64,000 nucleotides of DNA from Bacillales bacterium (GTDB lineage: Bacteria > Bacillota > Bacilli > Bacillales > JAVBJX01), in NCBI GenBank assembly GCA_031546705.1, contig JAVBJX010000004.1, positions 1,792 through 65,791 on the forward strand. The letters are read 5' to 3'. The notes beneath the pieces were generated by a model that did not search any database, was not told where the DNA came from, and saw nothing but the letters and a program-made list of their open reading frames with translations. This document shows, one piece after another, positions 57,391 through 64,000 of this stretch (the first letter of the stretch is position 1; each line of letters starts with the position of its first letter). Position numbers and translations under genes: made by a program.

Positions 57391-57993
57391 ATGGCAATTT
57401 CTTTGCAAAAAGGACAAAAAATTGATTTAACAAAGGGAAATGCAGGGCTTTCCAAAATTATAGTTGGTCTTGGTTGGGATGTTGCAGCTAAAAAAGGTGG
57501 ATTTTTTGGCTTTGGTGGCGGCGGCAGTGGTAAAGATGTTGATTGTGATGCATCCGTTGTGTTACTTAGTGAACAAGGAAAAATTACTAAAAAACAAAAC
57601 TTAGTTTATTTCGGTAACAAAGAAAGTGCATGTAAAGCTGTTCGTCATTCTGGTGACAATGTAACTGGAGAAGGGGCTGGGGACGATGAGCAAGTTTTCA
57701 TCGACTTAAACAATGTTGCACAAGATGTACATAAAATTTCGTTTGTTGTTAATATTTATCAATGTGTAGAACGAAAACAAGATTTTGGCATGATTAAAAA
57801 TGCATATATTCGTATTGTGGATGGTTCATCTAATGCAGAATTAGCTCGCTTTAATTTAACTGATGAATTTGCTGGACTAACAACACTATTCCCTGGGGAA
57901 ATTTATCGTCATTCTGGAGAATGGAAATTTTCAGCTATTGGTGAAGGAACGAAAGACACAGGGCTTGCCCAAATTATGGAAAGATACCAATAA
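57391..57993 (+). CDS. yceC: TerD-family stress protein (YceC-like, with Gly-rich insert)
   Basis: 200 aa. MAISLQKGQKIDLTK, GLGWD, GDN.TGEGAGDDEQ Ca-binding motif. Insert KKGGFFGFGGGGSGKD. Confidence 0.9.
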   Translation: MAISLQKGQKIDLTKGNAGLSKIIVGLGWDVAAKKGGFFGFGGGGSGKDVDCDASVVLLSEQGKITKKQNLVYFGNKESACKAVRHSGDNVTGEGAGDDEQVFIDLNNVAQDVHKISFVVNIYQCVERKQDFGMIKNAYIRIVDGSSNAELARFNLTDEFAGLTTLFPGEIYRHSGEWKFSAIGEGTKDTGLAQIMERYQ

Positions 57994-58010
57994 ATTAGGA
58001 GGAACATATC

Positions 58011-58589
58011 GTGGCAATTAATCTTTCAAAAGGACAAAAAGTTGATTTAACAAAAACAAATCCAGGTTTAACAAGTGTAATTGTTGGTCTAGGTTGGGAT
58101 ACAAATAAATATGATGGCGGAAAAGATTTTGATTTAGATTCTTCCGTATTCTTATTGAATGCATCTGGAAAATGTGGCTCGGAATCAGACTTTATTTTTT
58201 ATAACAATAAAATAGGTGCTAATGGTTCTGTTGAACATAAGGGAGATAACAAAACGGGTGCTGGCGATGGTGATGATGAGCAAGTGAAAGTAAACTTGGC
58301 AAATGTACCAGCAACTATTAGTAAAATTGCGTTTGCAATTACGATTCATGATGCGGATACTCGTCAACAAAATTTTGGGCAAGTAAGCAACTCGTATGCT
58401 CGTCTCTTTAATGAAGCAACAGGAGAAGAGTTAATTCGTTATGATTTAGGAGAAGACTTCTCGGTTGAAACAGCTGTAGTTGTGGGTGAATTATATCGTC
58501 ATGGTAGTGAATGGAAATTTAATGCTATCGGTAGTGGCTATCAAGGTGGTCTTGGTTCATTAGTAAAAGATTATGGTTTAGATGCGTAG
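58011..58589 (+). CDS. yceD: TerD-family stress protein (YceD-like)
   Basis: 192 aa; GTG follows [40 protein letters not shown]. Confidence 0.92.
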   Translation: MAINLSKGQKVDLTKTNPGLTSVIVGLGWDTNKYDGGKDFDLDSSVFLLNASGKCGSESDFIFYNNKIGANGSVEHKGDNKTGAGDGDDEQVKVNLANVPATISKIAFAITIHDADTRQQNFGQVSNSYARLFNEATGEELIRYDLGEDFSVETAVVVGELYRHGSEWKFNAIGSGYQGGLGSLVKDYGLDA

Positions 58590-58672
58590 TTAAACCAATC
58601 TTTATTATGAAATAACCACAAAATCCTGCAATTAATGTAGTATTTTTATTTCATTGAAAGAAGGAATACGTT

Positions 58673-59251
58673 ATGGCAATTTCTTTGTCTAAAGGTCAAC
58701 GAATTGATTTAACAAAAGGAAATCCTGGGCTTACAAAAGTAATTATTGGTCTAGGTTGGGATACAAATAAATATAATGGGGGACAGGACTTTGATTTAGA
58801 TTCTTCTGCGTTCATGGTGAATGGGCAAGGAAAAGTTCAACAGGATGAAGAATTCATTTTTTATAACAATCCCAAAAGCCCGACTGGAGCAGTGGAACAT
58901 ACAGGAGATAATCGAACAGGTGCGGGTGATGGTGATGATGAGCAAATGGTTGTTAATTTTTCACTAATGCCTGCTCATGTGGAAAAAATAGGAATTACTG
59001 TTACAATTCATGATGCCGATGCACGCAAACAAAATTTTGGCCAAGTATCAAACGCCTTTGTTCGGGTAATGAATGCCGTAACAAATGAAGAAATACTTCG
59101 TTATGATTTAGGAGAAGATTTCTCCATTGAAACAGCAGTTGTTATTTGTGAATTGTACAAACACGGAGCCGACTGGAAATTTAATGCGATTGGTAGTGGA
59201 TTTTCAGGTGGTCTCGAAGCATTATGTAGAAATTATGGATTGCAAGTATAG
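58673..59251 (+). CDS. yceE: TerD-family stress protein (YceE-like)
   Basis: 192 aa; diverged paralog of 58011-58589 with the same motif set. Confidence 0.92.
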   Translation: MAISLSKGQRIDLTKGNPGLTKVIIGLGWDTNKYNGGQDFDLDSSAFMVNGQGKVQQDEEFIFYNNPKSPTGAVEHTGDNRTGAGDGDDEQMVVNFSLMPAHVEKIGITVTIHDADARKQNFGQVSNAFVRVMNAVTNEEILRYDLGEDFSIETAVVICELYKHGADWKFNAIGSGFSGGLEALCRNYGLQV

Positions 59252-59274
59252 CTTGCAGAAGGAGTAAAGAATAG

Positions 59275-59967
59275 ATGGAGTTATTAGGTATTACATTCTC
59301 AACAGAAGCATTGATTGCATTGTTGAAAATTATTGGAATCGATATTATTTTGTCTGGTGATAATGCGGTAGTTATTGCGATGGCAACACGAAATTTACCG
59401 AAAGAAGGACAGAATAAGGCGATTTTCTGGGGGACAGCAGGAGCTGTTGTGCTTCGGATTATTTTTGCAGCGTTAATTGTTTATTTGTTACAAATACCAT
59501 ACGTTCATATTATCGGTGGATTACTTCTTCTTTGGATTGCCTACAAAGTATTGGTAGAAGACGGAGACGGAGACGCTGATATTAAGGGACATAGCAGTAT
59601 GACGCAAGCGATCCAAACAATCATTATTGCGGATGCAGTAATGAGTTTAGATAATGTTGTTGCTGTAGCTGGAGCTGCTAATGGACATCTTGGAATGATT
59701 GCTCTTGGTGTATTTATCAGTATTCCAATTATGATTTTTGGTTCAAAGCTGATAGTAGGATTAATGGAAAAATATGCATGGATTTCTTATGCTGGAGCAG
59801 GAATTTTAGCATGGACAGCTGGAGAAATGATTTTTAAAGATGAGAATGTATTAAAATGGTTAAATATTTCCCATGGTCCAATCACGTATGCGATTGTTGG
59901 TGTGATAACACTAGCTATTTTGGCGGTTGGGTATTTAAAAAAAAGTAAAGCACAAGCAAAAAGTTAA
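59275..59967 (+). CDS. yceF: TerC-family integral membrane protein (YceF-like)
   Basis: 230 aa. ..ILSGDNAVVIA.. and ..SLDNVVAVAG.. duplicated TerC motifs. Confidence 0.9.
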   Translation: MELLGITFSTEALIALLKIIGIDIILSGDNAVVIAMATRNLPKEGQNKAIFWGTAGAVVLRIIFAALIVYLLQIPYVHIIGGLLLLWIAYKVLVEDGDGDADIKGHSSMTQAIQTIIIADAVMSLDNVVAVAGAANGHLGMIALGVFISIPIMIFGSKLIVGLMEKYAWISYAGAGILAWTAGEMIFKDENVLKWLNISHGPITYAIVGVITLAILAVGYLKKSKAQAKS

Positions 59968-59981
59968 CCCCTGTTTATGGG

Positions 59982-60030
59982 AGCGATTGAATCAAGGGGG
60001 CGATTTCTTGATTCAATCGCTTTTGTTTAT
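59982..60030 (+). terminator. Intra-operon hairpin / partial terminator between yceF and yceG
   Basis: Perfect 15-bp stem AGCGATTGAATCAAG (59982-96) / CTTGATTCAATCGCT (60007-21), then TTTGTTTATT. Confidence 0.7.
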
Positions 60031-60054
60031 TTGAAAGTAAAAGAGGGAACAAGT

Positions 60055-61635
60055 ATGAAAAAAATACAACCAATAACAATTGATGTAAACAAAACAGACT
60101 GGTTATCCATTTTCAAACAGCCAATTTCTAAGCGAAATAATTATATACATACAGATGAACAATTGACTTATACACAAGTAGTTGGCAAATGTTTAGGAAC
60201 ATACTTAGATACAGATGAATATTTTACAATTCTATATGACTTGTCCACTGAAAAAAATATTTATAATTTAAGTGAAACATTGGATAAATCCATTTCCCCA
60301 GAAAGATTTCAAGCAGTACAAAAATTACTGTTAGTTAATCAATCAGAAGGGGGATTGTCTGTTAACCGTTTTATTGCCTTTATGCATGGAGAACAATTAA
60401 TTTCAAGTGGATCAACTCTCTTTCCATATGAACATATACGTGAAAAAATAAGACTGTTGTTTCTGCACTTTAGAGAAAATCATGCTAATGGATTTCTTCA
60501 TCCAGATTTTCGCCGTTTTCTTGTAGATATAACAAAATGGCAGTTTAATCATTTAGAGAAATGGTTGAAAGAAGAGGATGTTCCAAAAGTAATGTGGTAT
60601 GGAGAAGCAAATTCAAGTGAGCAATATTTTTTGTATTTTTTAATTTTAATTGGTTGTGATATACTTTTATTTCATCCAGAAGGAAAAGATGTATTGCCTA
60701 TTAGCCAAGATAAAAATTGTATTTATATGTATCCAACAACAGCAAAATTAACGGAATTCCCAACTAGTCAACCAGTCAGAAAAGGAACAGTAGCCTTTCA
60801 AGCATCACAAGAAATTAATTCGATACTTCATAGCGATGATTCCATGCTATATAAACCTTGGCAATTTAATGCGTATGCACCGAGAGCGATTACCTTAAAG
60901 ACAACGTATGATGAATTATTTTTATTGATGAAAGAACTTGCATTTATTCGTCCAAATTTTAAAGTGGAAAATAATACGGTGCATATACCAGCAGTTTTTA
61001 GTAAAGTTTCAGGGATATCTAGGAACAAAAAAAGCTATTGGGAGCGAATCCAGAAGCTTTGTGAAAATGAATTAACACTCTTAATAAAAACTGCTCCATT
61101 CACAGAAGAAGTTACAGGAAATAACCAATATCATTATCAAAATGCCTTAGGAAGAAATGGACTAGACCCAGAAAAAATGGTCGTTGGAAATTGGTGGATA
61201 TATAAAGAACTTCCAACTGGCTTGCAATATGGTTTGGCATCTGCTATATCAAGGTATTGTGCAAATCCAAAGTTAAAACTATTGGTACATGAGAATACAC
61301 AACAATTGCAGATGTATTTGTTTAATCAAGCACTTCATGTAAGAAAAGACGTACTCATGTTACTGCAACGCTTTGATTATTCACAACAAGTGCCACGAAT
61401 TATTATTTACCATAATGAAAAAAGTGGAACATTTCAGCGTTCTGATGCGGCATTACTGGCATTAATTAGTGAAATAGGTTTTGATATTGTCTTATATAAT
61501 CCAACTGGACAAAATGACCTTGAACAATATGTTGAAGAAAGTTATTATGATTTGCATTTGCTAGAAGATCGAAGTTTCAATGAAGAATTCCAAGAGGAGT
61601 CATCATTTAAAAAGCTATTTAAAAAGTTGTTCTAA
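60055..61635 (+). CDS. yceG: YceG-like protein (Ter-cluster associated, function unknown)
   Basis: ORF 59977-61635. ATG 60055 follows AAGAGGGAA. The upstream 26 codons are the terminator hairpin. Size and position match B. subtilis yceG. Confidence 0.8.
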   Translation: MKKIQPITIDVNKTDWLSIFKQPISKRNNYIHTDEQLTYTQVVGKCLGTYLDTDEYFTILYDLSTEKNIYNLSETLDKSISPERFQAVQKLLLVNQSEGGLSVNRFIAFMHGEQLISSGSTLFPYEHIREKIRLLFLHFRENHANGFLHPDFRRFLVDITKWQFNHLEKWLKEEDVPKVMWYGEANSSEQYFLYFLILIGCDILLFHPEGKDVLPISQDKNCIYMYPTTAKLTEFPTSQPVRKGTVAFQASQEINSILHSDDSMLYKPWQFNAYAPRAITLKTTYDELFLLMKELAFIRPNFKVENNTVHIPAVFSKVSGISRNKKSYWERIQKLCENELTLLIKTAPFTEEVTGNNQYHYQNALGRNGLDPEKMVVGNWWIYKELPTGLQYGLASAISRYCANPKLKLLVHENTQQLQMYLFNQALHVRKDVLMLLQRFDYSQQVPRIIIYHNEKSGTFQRSDAALLALISEIGFDIVLYNPTGQNDLEQYVEESYYDLHLLEDRSFNEEFQEESSFKKLFKKLF

Positions 61636-61647
61636 GGAGAGATATAA

Positions 61648-62688
61648 ATGAACGAAAATGAATTAAGCCAAACAGATACAAAACTTCAACTGCGTCAAGA
61701 TAAAGAAGTAATGAAACTTGCTCAACTGATTGATACTCGTGATCAAATTTCATTGCTTGAATATGGAAAAGAGCCAGCAAATGAAATTTCTACATTTTCT
61801 GGGCGAATTTTAAATACAATTAAATCAAATAGTGTTGAAGAATCAAGTGTTTTATTTACCCAACTTGGAAAAATAATGGATAAGTTCGACAGCAAAGATT
61901 TTGCCGAAGAGGAAAAAGGATTTTTTGCTAAAATGTTTAATCGTGGTGAGAAATTAATGGAGAAATTATTTGCGAAGTACCAAACAATGGGTGGCGAAAT
62001 TGACAAAGTTTATGTGGAAATTAAAAAGTATGAAACAGAAATGAAAAACTCTACGCAAACACTAGAGCAATTGTATGAACAAAATTTTCAATACTACATG
62101 GATTTAGAGAAATATATCGTAGCTGGAGAAATGAAAGCAGAAGAATTACGGACAAAGCTTCCCGAGTTAGAAGAACGAGCAATGAACAATCAACTAGCAT
62201 CATTAGAACTAACAACACTTACGGATGCTATAGAGCTACTTGAACAAAGGGTGTATGACTTAGAAATGGCAAAACAAGTAGCCTATCAATCAGCGCCACA
62301 AATTCGACTTCTACAAAGAGGGAATACAAAATTAATCGCCAAAATTAATTCGGCATTTGTCACAACTATTCCGATTTTTAAAACGGGATTAATTAATGCG
62401 ATTGCAGCGAAACGGCAAAATCTTGTTGCAAAATCAATGGAAGAGTTAGACAAACGTACAAATGAAATGCTATTGAAAAACGCTCAAAATATCACAAATC
62501 AAAGTGCACATATTGCTCGTCTTGCGGGTTCTCCGAGTATTAAAATTGAAACAATGGAACAAACATGGGCAATTATTATGAAGGGAATGGAAGAAACAAA
62601 GGCAATTGAAGAAGAGAATAAAAAGATTCGTGAAGAAGGTAAATTACGTTTAGAACAATTACAAGAGAACTTTAAGAAGATAAAATAA
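61648..62688 (+). CDS. yceH: TelA/YceH toxic-anion-resistance family protein
   Basis: 346-aa coiled-coil-rich ORF; ..LLEYG.EPA.EIS.FS..IL.. N-terminus typical of TelA; last gene of the yce cluster. Confidence 0.88.
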   Translation: MNENELSQTDTKLQLRQDKEVMKLAQLIDTRDQISLLEYGKEPANEISTFSGRILNTIKSNSVEESSVLFTQLGKIMDKFDSKDFAEEEKGFFAKMFNRGEKLMEKLFAKYQTMGGEIDKVYVEIKKYETEMKNSTQTLEQLYEQNFQYYMDLEKYIVAGEMKAEELRTKLPELEERAMNNQLASLELTTLTDAIELLEQRVYDLEMAKQVAYQSAPQIRLLQRGNTKLIAKINSAFVTTIPIFKTGLINAIAAKRQNLVAKSMEELDKRTNEMLLKNAQNITNQSAHIARLAGSPSIKIETMEQTWAIIMKGMEETKAIEEENKKIREEGKLRLEQLQENFKKIK

Positions 62689-62739
62689 ATTATGGGACAA
62701 TCAGAGGAGAAACACTTTGATTGCCCCATAATTTATTTT
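62684..62739. terminator. Bidirectional terminator between yceH and azlD
   Basis: AAATAAATTATGGGACAATCA / TGATTGCCCCATAATTTATTTT. Confidence 0.75.
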
Positions 62740-62761
62740 AATAGGATGGAACAAGATTTAT

Positions 62762-63133
62762 TTATAATAGATTAACAGGCGTATAGAACCAATCTGGAAC
62801 TGGAATAATTTTCATTGTAACTAGAACGCAACATACTAAACCAACTAAGAAGCTAATAAATACATTTCGTGTAAAAGCCATTGTGACAATACAAAATAAG
62901 GCAGCGGTAATATAAATGGGATTTAATACAATACTAAGTACACCGTCCAACTTGTGTGTGAAAATTCCTGGGAAAATAAGTGAAGCAAAGATTCCTGGGG
63001 GAATAAAAACTAAACTTGCTTTTAAACGATCAGATAAAAGGCGGTCGGGAACTCTAAGTAATGAACGACGAGTAAGATAAGTGATGACACCCATTCCGAT
63101 AATGACGATAAGATTATACGAACTTGAAATCAT
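62762..63133 (-). CDS. azlD: Branched-chain amino acid exporter small subunit AzlD
   Basis: ORF 62762-63208. ATG at comp(63131-33) lies 1 nt after the azlC stop. ~123-aa hydrophobic protein MISSSYNLIVIIGMGVITYLTR. Confidence 0.8.
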   Translation of the reverse strand: MISSSYNLIVIIGMGVITYLTRRSLLRVPDRLLSDRLKASLVFIPPGIFASLIFPGIFTHKLDGVLSIVLNPIYITAALFCIVTMAFTRNVFISFLVGLVCCVLVTMKIIPVPDWFYTPVNLL

Positions 63134-63134
63134 A

Positions 63135-63851
63135 CTATGCAGCTGCTCCTTTCGCTTTTTCAGGTTCTTTATATGAAAAGTAACCGATGAAAAAAGCAAT
63201 AATACCACTTATAAGAATATGGAGACTATATGGTAATGCTGTTGCTAAATAAGTGGATAACAAACCACACAAAATAAAGGTAAAAAGTAAAAATTTGGTA
63301 GATAATTGATTAAAAGCCATCGCAAGGAACATAGCAGTAAATGTAAAGCTAAATCCCATTGTTCTTGGATCTCCAGGAATTAATTCACTAATAAGTGTTC
63401 CAATAAGTGTTCCTAAAATCCAACTACCGTACAAAAAAAGACTAACTGCTGTAATATAAGATTTAGTACTTCTATAATGGCTAAAATGTGTATAAGTAAC
63501 AGCATACTGCTCATTACTCATAAAAAAAGCAGAAATATTAGAGAAACTAGATCCGAATTGTGCGTAGTATGGTGACATAGATAATGATGTTAAGAAGTAA
63601 CGAGAAGAAAGTAGAAAGACTGTAAGAAAAACAGTAATCATACTAGCTTGGTCAGCAATCATTGGAAGTGCAGCGAATTGAGCAGCACCAGCGAACACAG
63701 ATGCAGACATCAAAACAGCTTCAAATGGTGTTATACCACTTTGCATAGCCATTACGCCGAATATTCCACTGAATAATAACAAACTAATTGAAATGGGTAG
63801 AGCGTCTTTTAAGCCCCTTCGCCATTCTTTTTTGTTAATCTTAATCTTCAT
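63135..63851 (-). CDS. azlC: Branched-chain amino acid exporter AzlC
   Basis: 238 aa. ..G..FG......G......L.S..VFAG..QF.. AzlC signature; paired with azlD. Confidence 0.85.
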   Translation of the reverse strand: MKIKINKKEWRRGLKDALPISISLLLFSGIFGVMAMQSGITPFEAVLMSASVFAGAAQFAALPMIADQASMITVFLTVFLLSSRYFLTSLSMSPYYAQFGSSFSNISAFFMSNEQYAVTYTHFSHYRSTKSYITAVSLFLYGSWILGTLIGTLISELIPGDPRTMGFSFTFTAMFLAMAFNQLSTKFLLFTFILCGLLSTYLATALPYSLHILISGIIAFFIGYFSYKEPEKAKGAAA

Positions 63852-64000
63852 ACAAAAAACACCCTCTCTATAATATTCAACATATATAAATGTATTGTTA
63901 ATAAATTTAACAAAATCTTAATAAAGCAGTATTCAATTACAAATTTACCATAATATAACTCTACTAGTCAATGAGAATTATGGTGTAAATAGTCTAAATG

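Noticed and set aside
57391-59251. Three TerD genes considered as an assembly duplication
   Set aside because: The copies are clearly diverged at protein and DNA level, with different lengths, and they match the known yceC/yceD/yceE paralog arrangement.
59977-60054. N-terminal extension of yceG (MGAIESRGRFLDSIAFVYLKVKEGTS)
   Set aside because: These codons are the two arms of the 15-bp terminator hairpin. A good RBS (AAGAGGGAA) precedes the internal ATG at 60055.

Overview
Low-GC Bacillaceae (spore-former) chromosomal segment. All calls come from reading the ORF track, my own translations of untracked frames, and remembered family motifs; no searches were run. Three parts stand out. (1) 1-30.4 kb is core genome with B. 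subtilis-like synteny: cotE-mutS-mutL-miaA-hfq-spoVK, hflX-ynbB, mrfA(yprA)-mrfB(yprB)-cotD-like-gpsB-rnpB-ypsC-ypvA, M32 carboxypeptidase and bpsA-bpsB. (2) About 30.45-43.35 kb is an accessory island built on a decayed type I R-M locus. hsdR and hsdM carry several nonsense, frameshift and deletion lesions, while hsdS is intact. An opposite-strand cargo block of immunity-protein-like genes sits between hsdR and hsdM. An intact, translationally coupled ABC-ATPase + Toprim-like (DUF4276/RloB-type) pair lies directly 3' of hsdS, followed by a PC4/YdbC-like gene. Two diverged Rpn (YhgA-like PD-(D/E)XK) copies are present, one 5'-truncated. (3) 42.9-64 kb holds an alkylation-damage cluster (ogt pseudogene, OYE reductase, ogt, frameshifted small Ada-like ORF, AlkD-like, adaA, DUF1848). 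It also holds an ABC-2 exporter, an MFS pump, a PAS-GGDDF-EAL protein, GNATs, the yceCDEFGH-type TerD x3/TerC/YceG/TelA operon behind a textbook sigma-W promoter, and azlCD. The only RNA gene seen is RNase P RNA. No tRNA, rRNA, CRISPR array, integrase or IS element was found. The best candidate for a poorly described system is the ATPase/Toprim-like pair, possibly with the YdbC-like gene. Secondary leads are DUF1848 coupled to adaA, the orphan immunity-like block, and several intergenic repeat families.
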